Shown piece after piece: positions 1 through 12,106 of a stretch of DNA of 64,000 bases (position 1 is its first letter; each line of letters starts with the position of its first letter). The position numbers and the translations under genes were made by a program. The stretch is from NCBI GenBank assembly GCA_030390025.1, contig CM059449.1:14880001-14944000 (forward strand). The letters are read 5' to 3'. The notes beneath the pieces are model-generated. The model saw nothing but the letters and a program-made list of their open reading frames with translations. It made no database searches and was not told the DNA's origin. Source of the stretch: Squalus acanthias. Lineage: Eukaryota.

Positions 1-2585
1 AGTTAGAAATAGGAAAGGAGCGGTCACGTTGTTAGGAGTTTTCTACAGGCCCCCAAATAGTAATAAAGATGTGGAGGAAGAAATTGCAAAGCAGATTATG
101 AATAGGTGTGGAGGTCACAGAGTAGTTGCCATGGGTGACTTCAACTTTCCAAATATTGATTGGAACCTTTATAGGTCAAACAGTTCGGATGGGATAGTTT
201 TTGCACAGTGTGTGCAGGAGGGTTTCCTGACACAATATGTGGATAGGCCGACAAGAGGTGGGGCCACGTTGGATTTGGTACTGGGTAATGAACCGGGCCA
301 AGTGTTTGATTTGTATGTGGGAGAGCACTTTGGAGATAGTGACCACAATTCGGTAACTTTCACTATTGCAATGGAGAGGGATAGGGCCATACGGCAGGGC
401 AGGGTTTATAATTGGGGGAGGGGTAATTATGATGCGATTAGGCAAGAATTAGGGAGTATAAGATGGGAACAGAAACTATCAGGGAAAGGCACAAACGAAA
501 AGTGGAGCTTTTTCATGGAGCAATTACTGCGTGTCCTTGATAGGTATGTCCCTGTCAGGCAGGGAGGAAATGGCCGAGTGAGAGAACCATGGTTCACAAA
601 AGAGGTTGAATGTCTAGTCAAGAGGAAAAAGGAAGCGTATGTAAGGATGAGAAAACAAGGTTCAGTTGGGTCGATTGAGGGGTACAAGGTAGCAAGGAAT
701 GAGCTAAAAAAAGAGCTTAGGAGAGCTAGGAGGGGGCATGAGAAGTCCTTGGCGGGTCGAATCAAGAAAAACCCCAAGGCTTTTTACTCTTATGTGAGAA
801 ATAAAAGAATGACCAGGGTGAGGGTAGGGCCGGTCAAGGACAGTAGTGGGAACTTGTGCATGGAGTCAGAGGAGATAGGAGAGGTGATGAATGAATACTT
901 TTCGTCAGTGTTCACCGAGGAGAGGGGCCATGTTCTTGAGGATGAGAGTGTGATAAAGGTGGATAGGCTGGATGTGGTAGATGTTCTGAGGGAAGATGTT
1001 TTAGCAATTTTGAAGAACCTGAGGGTCGATAAGTCCCCTGGGCCAGATGGGATATATCCTAGGATTCTTTGGGAGGCAAGGGAGGAGATTGCAGAGCCTC
1101 TGGCTTTGATCTTTGGGTCCTCACTCTCCACGGGGATGGTGCCAGAGGACTGGAGAGTGGCGAATGTTGTTCCTCTCTTCAAGAAAGGAAATAGGAATGA
1201 CCCTGGTAATTATAGGCCGGTTAGTCTTACTTCGGTGGTTGGTAAGATAATGGAAAAGGTCCTGAGGGATAGGATTTATGACCATTTGGAAAGGGGCAAC
1301 TTAATCAGGGATAGTCAACACGGATTCGTGAAGGGTAAGTCTTGCCTAACAAATTTGATTGAATTCTTTGAGGAGGTAACTAAGTGTGTAGATGAAGGTA
1401 GAGCAGTTGATGTCGTATACATGGATTTTAGTAAGGCGTTTGATAAGGTTCCCCATGGTCGTCTCATGAAGAAAGTAAGGAGTTGTGGGATAGAGGGAAA
1501 TTTGGCCGATTGGATAAGTAACTGGCTATCTCATAGAAGGCAGAGGGTGGTGGTGGATGGAACATTTTCGGACTGGAGACCAGTTACCAGCGGTGTGCCA
1601 CAGGGGTCGGTGCTGGGTCCTCTGCTGTTTGTGATTTTTATCAATGACTTGGAGGAGGGGACTGAAGGGTGGATCAGTAAATTTGCTGATGACACCAAGA
1701 TTGGTGGAGTAGTGGATGAGGTGGAGGGCAGTTGTAGGCTGCAAAGAGACATTGATAGGATGCAGAGCTGGGCCGAAAAATGGCAGATGGAATTTAACCC
1801 TGATAAGTGCGAGGTGATTCATTTTGGTAGGGCAAATGTGAATAAGGATTACAGGGTCAACGGCAGGGTTCTGAGGAACGTGGAGGAGCAGAGGGATCTG
1901 GGGGTTCATATCCACAGATCTCTGAAGGTTGCCACTCAAGTGGATAGAGCAGTAAAGAAGGCCTATGGTGTGTTGGCGTTTATTAACAGAGGGTTTGAGT
2001 TTAAGAACCGTGAGGTTATGCTGCAACTGTACAGGACCTTGGTGAGACCACATTTGGAATATTGTGTGCAGTTCTGGTCACCTCACTATAGGAAGGACGT
2101 GGAAGCATTGGAAAGAGTGCAAAGGTGATTTACCAGGATGCTGCCTGGTTTGGGGGGGAGGTCTTATGAGGAAAGATTGAGGGAGTTGGGCGCTTTTCTC
2201 TTTAGAGCGGAGGAGGATGAGAGGCGACTTAATAGAGGTTTATAAGATGATGAGGGGGATAGATAGAGTGGATGTTCAGAGACTATTTCCGCGGGTAGAG
2301 GCAGCTGTTACAAGGGGGCATAACTATAAGGTGCATGGGGGGAGATATAGAAGGGATGTCCGAGGTAGATTCTTTACTCAGAGAGTGGTTGGGGTGTGGA
2401 ATGGACTGCCTGCTGTGATAGTGGAGTCGGACACTTTAGGAACTTTCAAGCGGTTATTGGATAAGCACATGGAGCACACCAGAGTGATAGGGAGTGTGAT
2501 AGCTTGATCTTGCTCTCGGACAATGCTCGGCACAACATCGAGGGCCGAAGGGCCTGTACTGTGCTGTACTGTTCTATGTTCTATG
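1..2585 (+). mobile_element. CR1-type LINE, ORF2 (end of APE endonuclease + reverse transcriptase) through 3' end; cut by window start
   Basis: ORF 29-2128 has GDFNFPNIDW, LDLVL, SDHN (APE) and YRPVSLTS, QHGF, DFSKAFDKV, GVPQGSVLGP, FADD (RT). Premature TGA at 2126-2128; the C-terminus continues at 2217-2507; gttctatgttctatg tail at about 2570-2585. Confidence 0.95.
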
Positions 2586-3776
2586 AACAGTTGGACTGCA
2601 ATTGTATCTTCGAGTCCTGCACATTGCTTTGTGTTTGTTAATGGCATTCATTTGCCATTGTGCACATCAGGAGGTTACATACAACAACGATGCATTTTAT
2701 ATGAATCTGAAGGTGATTTTTATAGTCCTCTGCATTTCCTCCGTGCGCTTTCAAAATGCATATTTCTGGGTATAATTTCAAATATATAATCATTTGGAAT
2801 GCAATATGTGACATTGTTGCTCTCAATATTACTAGAATCATAGAATGGTTACAGCACAGAAGGAGACCATTCGGCCCATCGAGCCATTGCCGGCTCTCTC
2901 TGAAAGAGCACTTCAGCTAGTCCCACTCCCCCGCCCTTTGACCATAGCCCTGCAAATTTTTTTCCTTCGGCTCCTTATCCAACACCCTTTTGAAAGCCAC
3001 GATTGAATCTGCCTCCACCACCCTTTCAGGCAGTGCATTCCAGATCCTAACCACTCGCTGCGTAAAAAAGTTTTTCCTCATATTGCCTTTGGTTCTTTTG
3101 CCAATCACCTTAAATCTGTGTCCTCTGGTTCTCGACCCTTCCGTCAATGGGAACAGTTTCTCTCCATCTACTCTGTCTAGACCCCTCATGATTTTGAACA
3201 CCTCTATCAAATCTCCTCTCAACCTTCTGTGCTCTAAGGAGAACAACCCCAGCTTCTCTAGTCTATCCACGTAATTGAAGTCCCTCATCCCTGGAATCAT
3301 TCTTGTAAATCTTTTCTGCACCCTCGCTAAGGCCTTCACATCCTTCCTGAAGTGCGGTGCCCAGAATTGGACACAATACTCCAGTTAAGGCCGCACCAGT
3401 GTTTTATAAAGGATCATCATAGCTTCCTTGCTTTTGTAGTCTATGCCTCTATTTATGAAAATGAGAAGTCGCACAACACCAGGTTATAGTCCAACAGATT
3501 TATTTAATTTTACAAGCTTTCGGAGCTATCGCTCCTTCGTCAGGTAAGTTAGCAATGAGAGAATCTCCCAGAATTCACAATTTAAACCCAGACAAAATCT
3601 ATTCACATTATTCGCTACAACAAAGAGCACAGCCAAGACAATGAGATGTGTCCCAGGGGGTCCAGCGTGTCAAACCACCTGCTGGCTGCATATCCTGTCA
3701 ATTTGTGTTCTTGTGTTTTTAAAAAAAAACAAACAAAAAAAAAAAAACACCTGGGAAGACCGGCCATGATGTCAAG

Positions 3777-5310
3777 TCATGTTCTGTATCGTGACATGAA
3801 CCCGATATCGCGATTGAGGCCATCCTCATGAGTGCGGAACTTGGCTATCAGTTTCTGCTCTATGATTTTGCGCTGTCGTGTATCTCGAAGGCCGCCTTGG
3901 AGAACGCTTACCCGCAGATCCGAGGCTGAATGCCCCTGGCTGCTGAAGTGTTCCCCGACTGGGATGCAACCCTCCTGCCTGGCGATTGTTGCGCGGTGTC
4001 CGTTCATACGTTGTCTCAGTGTCTGCATGGTCTCGCTGATGTACCATGCTCTGGAGCATCCTTTACTGCAACGTATCAGGTAGACAACGTTGGCCGAGTC
4101 ACATGAGTATGTACCGTGTACCTGGTGGGTAGTGTCCTCACGTGTAATGATGGTATCTGTGTCCATGATTTGGCATGTCTTGCAGAGGTTGCCGTGGCAG
4201 GGTTGTGTGGTGTCTTGGTTGCTGTTCTCCTGAAAGATGGGTAATCTGCTGCGAACGATGGTACTTTTGAGGTTAGGCGGCTGCTTGAAGGCGAGTAGTG
4301 GAGGTGTGGGGATGGCCTTAGCAAGGTGTTCGTCGTCATCGATGACATGTTGAAGGCTGCGAAGAACATGGCGTAGTTTTTCCGCTCCGGGGAAGTACTG
4401 GACGACGTAGGGTACTCTGTTGGTTGTGTCCCGTGTTCGTCTTCTGAGGAGGTCTATGCGGTTTTTCGCTGTGGCCCGTCGGAACTGTCGATCGACGAGT
4501 CGAGCATCATATCCCGTTCTTACGAGAGCGTCTTTCAGTGTCCGTAGGTGTCCATCGCGTTCCTCCTCGTCTGAGCAGATCCTGTGTATTCGCAGGGCTT
4601 GTCCATAGGGGATGACTTCTTTAACGTGGTTAGGGTGGAAGCTGGAGAAGTGGAGCATCGTGAGGTTGTCCGTGGGCTTGCGGTAGAGTGAAGTGCTGAG
4701 GCGTCCGTCTTTGATGGAGATTCGTGTGTCCAAGAATGAAACCGATTCTGAGGAGTAGTCCATGGTGAGTTTGATGGTGGGATGGAACCTGTTGATGCTA
4801 TCGTGTAGTCCTTTCAGTGATCCTTCGCCGTGGGTCCAAAGGAAGAAGATGTCGTCGATGTATCTGGTGTACAGCGTTGGTTGGAGGTCCTGTGCAGCGA
4901 AGAAGTCTTGCTCAAACTTGTGCATGAAGATGTTGGCGTATTGGGGTGCGAATTTGGTCCCCATGGCTGTTCCGTGTGTTTGGGTGAAAAAATGGTTGTC
5001 GAAGGTGAAGACATTGTGGTCAAGGATGAAGCGGATGAGTTGTAAGATGGCGTCCGGAGATTGGCTGTTGTTGGTGTTGAGTACTGAGGCTGTCGCAGCG
5101 ATGCCGTCATTGTGGGGGATATTGGTGTAGAGTGCCGATACGTCCATTGTGACGAGGAGTGTTCCTGGTTCAACTGGTCCATGGGTGCTGAGTTTCTGCA
5201 AGAAGTCTGTAGTGTCGCGACAGAAGCTGGGGGTTCCCTGTACGATGGGTTTCAGGATGCCCTCGACGTACCCAGAGAGGTTCTCACACAGGGTTCCGTT
5301 GCCTGATACG
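3777..5310 (-). CDS. PLE reverse transcriptase (N-terminally truncated) + Cys-rich linker + GIY-YIG endonuclease
   Basis: TMDVSALYTNI, QTHGTAMG, RYIDDIF (RT); PCHGNLCKTC linker; VVYLIRC...WYISET...RQRMNGHR...EQKLI...GLN (GIY-YIG). The first ~15 aa of the listed ORF derive from the inverted arm, not the element ORF. Confidence 0.88.
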
Positions 5311-5638
5311 GATTCCGTTGCCTCATAGAGCAGAAACTGATAGCCAAGTTCCGCACTCATGAGGATGGCCTCAATCGCGATATCGGGTTCATGTCACGAT
5401 ACAGAACGTGACTTGACATCATGGCCGGTCTTCCCAGGTGTTTTTTTTTTTTTGTTTTTTTTTTTAAAAACACAAGAACACAAATTGACAGGATATGCAG
5501 CCAGCAGGTGGTTTGACACGCTGGACCCCCTGGGACACATCTCATTGTCTTGGCTGTGCTCTTTGTTGTAGCGAATAATGTGAATAGATTTTGTCTGGGT
5601 TTAAATTGTGAATTCTGGGAGATTCTCTCATTGCTAAC

Positions 5639-5676
5639 TTACCTGACGAAGGAGCGATAGCTCCGAAAGCTTGTAA
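5639..5676 (+). ncRNA. Minimal hammerhead ribozyme motif in the PLE pseudo-LTR (mirror copy on - strand at 3510-3547)
   Basis: ttac-CTGACGA-a-ggagc(gata)gctcc-GAAA-gc-tt-gtaa: CUGANGA and GAAA cores, 5-bp stem II, stem I ttac/gtaa, palindromic AAGCTT minimal stem III as in PLE hammerheads. Confidence 0.75.
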
Positions 5677-6180
5677 AATTAAATAAATCTGTTGGACTAT
5701 AACCTGGTGTTGTGCGACTTCTCATTTTTGTCCACCCCAGTCCAACGCCGGCATCTCCACATCATGACCTCTATTTATGAAGCCCAGTATCCCAATTGCT
5801 TTCTTAACCGCTTTGTCAACCTGCCCTGCCACCTTCAACGATTTGTGCACATATACCCCCAGGTTTCTCTGTTCATGTTTAGGATTGTACCCTTCAGTTT
5901 ATATTGCCTCTCCTCGTTCTTCCTACCAAAATGTATCACTAGTATGGAAGGATTACATAACATATCATTTCAAACAATTTAATTTTAACACAACTTGATG
6001 ATTACAAAGATTAACATTTAAAAAATATATAAATCACCTCAGTTGCACGAATGTCCTCCTGAAACTTCATCAAAATTATTGCAAACTTTTATTCTAATAT
6101 TTTAATAAGCTGGAGTTTTTGTAAGACATTCCTGCTGCGCTATTTTGTTGGGGAGTTAATCACTTTATCTTAGTCTGTTA

Positions 6181-6366
6181 GGCCGAGAAATTCGTCTCGA
6201 TCGGTGGCGCAAAACGGGCGGTATCGGATCGGCCGCCCGTTATAGGCAGCGCCTGATATTCAGTTCCACTGCAGGCAATGAAACTGAATATCGGGCACTG
6301 TGTATAACGGGCGGCCGATCCAATACCGCCCGTTTTGCGCCACCAAACGAGACGATTTTCTACCCC
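6181..6366. mobile_element. Palindromic MITE (about 185-bp near-perfect fold-back)
   Basis: gaaattcgtctcg..ggtggcgcaaaacgggcggtatcggatcggccgcccgttata is the reverse complement of tataacgggcggccgatccaataccgcccgttttgcgccacc..cgagacgattttc. Confidence 0.75.
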
Positions 6367-6521
6367 AATGTCTATAATAGCGAAGATTGGGCTTGAGACA
6401 ATTGCACATTAGTATTGGTCCGCTAGTATCCAACTGTTTAATTTCAAGAGCGGAATTTCAAACACGTCTACACACGGCGTAAGTTTCTGGCTTCAATGTT
6501 AAAATGGTTTGTTTTTTACAG

Positions 6522-6860
6522 CAGTGAGTGTTGGGAACATCAAAATTGTACAAAGCCCGACATCCATTAACGTAACCGAGGGGCAGACAGCGGTTCTGTA
6601 CTGTATCTGCGAGGGGCATTGTGGAATAGGCGCCTTCAGGTGGCACAGGAACGGTAAAGGCGGACCTGAACTGTCCAACAGTACAGCAGAATACAGAGGC
6701 CGGGTAATTGGGCCAAATACGGAACAATTCGATGGAAAGACGGGCGTTTCGATTCAATTGGTGAATGTAACAGTGCGTGATTCGGCGACCTATTATTGCA
6801 CTGTGGAATTTGTAAACCCTGGTGAATATTACGGGCAAGGAACGACTCTTGTTGTGACAG
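6522..6860 (+). CDS. Gene A exon V1: NKp30/NCR3-like Ig V-set domain (VJ-joined type)
   Basis: ttttttacAG acceptor, ag|GTGAGC donor, phase 1-1, 339 bp; C...W(HR)...YRGRV...DSATYYC...YGQGTTLVV; resembles human NKp30 (IGSVTWFR..GKEVRNGTPEFRGR..YVCRVE..GNGTRLVV). Confidence 0.9.
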
Positions 6861-7458
6861 GTGAGCATTTTACCCGCTGTTGAACAGGCAGATGGGACCC
6901 GGATTAAGATCTCATCTGAAAGATGATAAGGATGTGGTGATTGAAGCTTTGCATAAGGTAGAATAGAAATCCCAGCTTTTTGCTGCCCGTTTCAACCTGG
7001 GTTCAGAGAATGAATCGCTCTTGAACCCATTTGTTGTTAACCTTTCAGCATATCAACCATATTACCAGTTTCCCAACCTCACTCACCATTCCAACCAACC
7101 CTTTGCGGTGTACTTACCCTCTGCACAAAGAAATGCTTCCTGGTGTCTGTCTTAAACTTTCCCTTCACTGCACTGAACCTGTTCGGGCAATTTAAATCTA
7201 ACCTGCCCATTGTAAAACCCACGAGATCCGGTGCAATGCTGAACCCCGCCCGATTTTACTCTGCATTAAAGTCAATGGGGAAAATGGCGATGAATGTTGG
7301 TCGGGGTGATTCCACCCCGGCGAATTAGGTTAAACTTACTTCTTACTAATATGTATAACGTTGGAATGACTCCAACCTCGTGTCGCATACTTACAGTCAG
7401 TATAAGCACCGATTATACTGTGATCCATTTGATTTTTTAAAAATTCCTTGAAAGAAAC

Positions 7459-8200
7459 CCCGTATTTTCCGATCGGAGGCTTCCTGCGAGTAAAGGCCTC
7501 CGATCTGGAAACAATCTACGCCCTTACCTGAGGGCTTCCGACGGTCCAGACATTTCCGCTCCTGGGCCTCTCCTGGTGCGCGCGCGCGCAGAGGCCCAGG
7601 TATCCCAGGGGCGCAGGCAGTTCGCAAGCGTTTCTGAGATCACGTGGGCCATGGGGAACCAATGGAAGAAGGGAATCCCCCTTCATACTTTTGACAGGTC
7701 TCTCAGCTTAGACCTGTCAAACGTTTGAATGGGGATCACTCAATAAACACATCAAAACATTAAATACATTTAAAAAATCACGTTTTAAAAATTAGTTAAA
7801 ATTACATTAAATTAAATATTTTAAACAAAAGTTTTATTTAAAAAAAATAATTAAAGTGTCTTACGGGCCTAAAAATAAACTTACCTTATAAATGAGTGAA
7901 AAAAAATAGTTTTTTACTTTTTTAAACTCTTATGCTGCTAAAAGCAAACCTTACGCCTGCTTTTACCAGTCTTAAGATTTTTAAGGGATTTCAGTGGGCA
8001 GAGGTTCTGCAGAAAGCGGAACTCTCTGCCCGCGGAGGCCCTTCTCCAGGACAGGCGTCCGATCTATCAAGAGGATTCTTGACAGATCGGAAATGCCGGT
8101 TTTCAGCGCATGCGCTTCGCATGCCTGAAACCGACACTTGCGAGGTCCCTACGGGTGTGTACACAGCTCACACACACCCGTAGGGATCGGAAAATACGGG
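7459..8200. mobile_element. Non-autonomous DNA transposon (MITE) in the V1-V2 intron
   Basis: Perfect 16-bp TIRs cccgtattttccgatc (7459-7474) / gatcggaaaatacggg (8185-8200); absent from the other repeat units. Confidence 0.8.
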
Positions 8201-8332
8201 CCATTACATTTAAAAAAAAAGTAGATTGAAGGAAGCGCTTCAGTTGTTGAAGTAAATTTGAATACTGGAGGTAATTTTAAACACAGCGTAAGTTTCTGGC
8301 TTCAATGTTAAAAATCGTTTGATCTTTTACAG

Positions 8333-8671
8333 CAGTGAGTGTTGGGAACGTCACAGTTGTACAAAGCCCGGCAACCATTAACATAACCGAGGGGCAGACA
8401 GCGGTTCTGTACTGTATCTGCGAGGGGCATTGGGGAATAGGCGCCTTCAGGTGGCACAGGAACGGTACAGGCGGACCTGAACTGTCCAACATTACAGCAG
8501 AATACAGAGGCCGGGTAATTGGGCCAAATAGGGAACAAATCGATGGAAAGACGGGCGCTTCGATTCAATTAGTGAATGTAACAGTGCGTGATTCGGCGAC
8601 CTATTATTGCAAAGTGGAATTTGCAAACCCTGGTGAATATTACGGGCAAGGAACGACACTTATTGTGACAG
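8333..8671 (+). CDS. Gene A exon V2: NCR3-like Ig V-set domain
   Basis: cttttacAG / ag|GTGAGC, 339 bp, phase 1-1, about 95% identical to V1. Confidence 0.9.
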
Positions 8672-8725
8672 GTGAGCATCTTACCTGCTGTTGAACATGC
8701 AGATAGGACCCGGATTAAGATCTCA

Positions 8726-10401
8726 AAGGAACATCACAACATAACAAATAAGAGCAGGAGTAGGGCACACGTCCCCTCGAGCCTGCTCCGCCATTCAATA
8801 AGATCATGGCTGATCATCGACCTCAACTCCACTTGCCCGCCCGATCTCCATATCCCTTGATTCCCCTAGAGTCCAAAAATCTTTCTATCTCAGCCTTGAA
8901 TACACTCAAAGACTCAACATGCACAGCCCTCTGTGGCAGATAATTCCAAAGATTCACAACCATCTGCGTGAAGAAATTCCTCCTAATCTCAGTCTTAAAT
9001 GGCCTACTTCTTATCCTGAAACTATGCCTCCTAGTTCTCGACACGCCAGCCAGGGGAAACAACCTCTCAGCATTTGCCCGGTCAATCCCCTTCAGAATCT
9101 TGTATGTTTCAATGAGATTACCTCTCATTCTTCCAAACTCCATTCTACACAATCTCTCATCCTAGAACAACCCTCTCATCTCAGGAATCAATCTAGTGAA
9201 CCTTCGTTGCACTGTCTCCAAGGCAATTATTCCCTTCCTTACATAAGGAGACCAGAACTGTGCACAGTACTCCAGGTGTGGTCTCACCAAGGCCCTGTAC
9301 AATTGTAGCAAGACTTCCTTACTCTTATACTCCAAACCCCTTGCCATAAAGGCCAACATGCCATTTGCCTTCCTTATTGTTTGCTGTACCTGCATGCTAG
9401 CTTTCTGTGTTTCTTGCACGAGGACACCCAAATCTCTCTGAACACCAACATTTGAAAGTTTCTCACCATTTAAAAATCTTCTGTTTTTCTATTCTTCCTA
9501 CCAGAGTGAATAACCTCACATTTCCCTAAATTAGACTCCATCTGCCACCTTACTGCCCACTCACTTAGTCTACATATATCCCTTTGCAGACTCTTTGTGT
9601 CCTCCTCACAGCTTACTGTCCCATCTAACTTTGCATCATCAGCAAACTTGGATACATTACACTCGGTCCCTTCTTCTAGCTCATTAATAGATTGTAAATA
9701 GCTGAGGCCCCAACACGATCCTTGCGGCACCCCACTAGTTACAGCCTGCCAACCTGAAAAAGATCCGTTTATCCCTACTCTCTGTTTTCTGTCTGTTAAC
9801 TAATCCTCTATCCATGCCAATATATTACCCCAAACCCATGAGCCCTAATCTTGTGTAATAAACTTTTATGTGGCACCTTATCGAATGCCTTTTGGAAATC
9901 CAAATATACTACATCCACTGGTTCCCCTTTATCTACCCTACTAGTTACATCCTCAAAAAACTCTAATAAATTTGTCAAACACGATTTCCCTTTCATAAAA
10001 CCATGTTGACTCTGCGTAATCATGTTATGATTTTCTAAGTGACTTGATACCACTTCCTTAACAATGGATTCCAGCATTTTCCCGACGACTGATGTCAGGC
10101 TAACTGGCCTGTAGTTCCCTGTTTTTTCTCTCCTTCCTTTCTTGAATAGCGGTGTTACATTTGCGACCTTCCAATCCACTGGGACATTCCAGAATCTAGG
10201 GAATTTTGGAAGATCAAAACCAATGCATCCATTATCTCTTCAGCCACCTCTATTAGCACCCTAGGATGTAGGCCGTCAGGTCAAGGGAATTTGTCGGCTT
10301 TTAGTCCCATTAGTTTCTCTAGCACTTTTTCTCTACTTATATTAATTACTTTAAGTTCCTCACCCTCATTAGACCCTTAGTTTCCCACTATTTTTGGTTT
10401 G
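8726..10401 (-). mobile_element. CR1 LINE fragment (RT to 3' end), frameshifted, in the V2-V3 intron only
   Basis: Minus ORFs 9808-10179, 9470-9730, 9162-9431, 8823-9152 are successive CR1 RT pieces; the insertion splits atctca|ctgaaagatg, which is contiguous in the other units. Confidence 0.9.
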
Positions 10402-11057
10402 CTGAAAGATGATAAAGATGTGGTGATTGAAGCTTTGCATAAGGTAAAATAGAAATCCCAGCTTTTTCGCTGCCAGTTTCAACCTGAGTTCAGAGAATGA
10501 ATCGCTCTTGAACCCATTCGGTTTTAACTTTTCAGCATATCAACCATATTACCAGTTTCCCAACCTCACTCACCATTCCAACCAACCCTTTGCGGTGTAC
10601 TTACCCTCTGCACAAATAAATGTTTCCTGGTGTCTGTCTTAAACTTTCCCTTCACTGCACTGAACCTGTTCGGGCAATTTAAACCTAACCTGCCCATTGT
10701 AAAACCCATGGGATCCGGTGCAACGCTAAACCCCGCCCGATTTTACTCAGCATTGAAGTCAATGGGGGAAATGGAGATTAATGTTGGTCGGGAGTCATTC
10801 CTGCCCGGCGAATTAGGTTAAACTTATTTCTTACTAATATGAATGAGTCCAAACTCGTCCTGCATACTGTCAGTATAAGCACTGATTTTCCTGTGATCCA
10901 TTTGATTTTTTAAAAATTCCTTGAAAGAAACATCTAAAATTATTTATTTTAAAAGTAGATTGAAGGAAGCTCTTCAGTTGTTGAAGTACATTTGAATACT
11001 GGGGGCAATTTTGTAAGTTTCTGGCTCCAATGTTAAACATCGTTTGATCTTTTACAG

Positions 11058-11396
11058 CAGTGAGTGTTGGGAACGTCACAGTTGTACAAAGTCCGGCATC
11101 CATTCACGTAACCGAGGGGCAGACAGCGGTTCTGTACTGTATGTACGAGGGGCATTGGGGAATAGGCGCCTTCAGGTGGCACAGGAACGGTAAAGGCGGA
11201 CCTGAACTGTCCAACAGTACAGCAGAATACAGAGGCCGGGTAATTGGGCCAAATAGGGAACAATTCGATGGAAAGACGGGCGCTTCGATTCAATTAGTGA
11301 ATGTAACAGTGCGTGATTCGGCGACCTATTATTGCAAAGTGGAGTTTGCAAACCCTGGTGAATATTACGGGCAAGGAACGACTCTTGTTGTGACAG
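11058..11396 (+). CDS. Gene A exon V3: NCR3-like Ig V-set domain
   Basis: Canonical AG/GT, 339 bp, phase 1-1, open frame with both canonical Cys and Trp. Confidence 0.9.
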
Positions 11397-12106
11397 GTGA
11401 GCATCTTACCTGCTGTTGAAAAGGCAGATGGGACCCGGATTAAGATCTCTTCTGAAAGATGATAAGGATGTGGTGATTGAAGCTTTGCATAAGGTAGAAT
11501 AGAAATCCCAGCTTTTTCGCTGCCAGTTTCAACCTGAGTTCAGAGAATGAATCGCTCTTGAACCCATTTGATGTTAACCTTTCAGCATATCAACCATATT
11601 ACCAGTTTCCCAGCCTCACTCACCATTCCAACCAGCCCTTTGCTGTGTACTTACCCTCTGCACAGAGAAATGCTTCCTGGTGTCTGTCTTAAACTTTCCC
11701 TTCACTGCACTGAACCTGTTCGGGCAATTTAAATCTAACCTGCCCATTGTAAAACTCACGAGAACCGGTGCAACGCTGAACCCCGCCCGATTTTACTCTG
11801 CATTGAAGTCAATGGGGAAAATGGAGATTAATGTTGGTCGGGGTCATTCCTGCCCGGCGAATTAGGTTAAACTTATTTCTTACTTATATGAATGAGTCCA
11901 AACTCGTCCTGCATACTCTCAGTATAAGCACTGATTTTCCTGTGATCCATTTGATTTTTTAAAAATTCCTTGAAAGAAACATCTTAAATTATTTCTTTTA
12001 AAAGTAAATTGAAGGAAGCTCTTCAGTTGTTGAAGTAAATTTGAATACTGGGGGCAATTTTGTAAGTTTCTGGCTCCAATGTTAAAAATCGTTTGATCTT
12101 TTACAG

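Larger units (their letters stand above)
3458..5767 (-). mobile_element. Penelope-like retroelement (PLE, Neptune-like), 5'-truncated, with inverted pseudo-LTR arms (3458-3865 / 5323-5728), a 3' tail (5729-5765) and TSD CCTCTATTTATGAA (3446-3459, 5768-5781)
   Basis: RT + GIY-YIG ORF; about 407-bp near-perfect inverted repeat; flanking 14-bp direct repeat in the host CR1. Confidence 0.92.
2836..5940 (-). mobile_element. CR1 LINE 3' fragment (2836-3459 and 5768-5940) split by a Penelope-like insertion
   Basis: Minus ORF 2917-3339 (RVQKRFTRMIPG...RGHRFK...FFTQRVV); the CR1 sequence resumes after a 14-bp duplication at 5768. Confidence 0.9.

Noticed and set aside
5311-5360. ATG start of the 527-aa PLE ORF
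   Set aside because: Comes from the antisense of the inverted arm; fortuitous fusion to a 5'-truncated ORF
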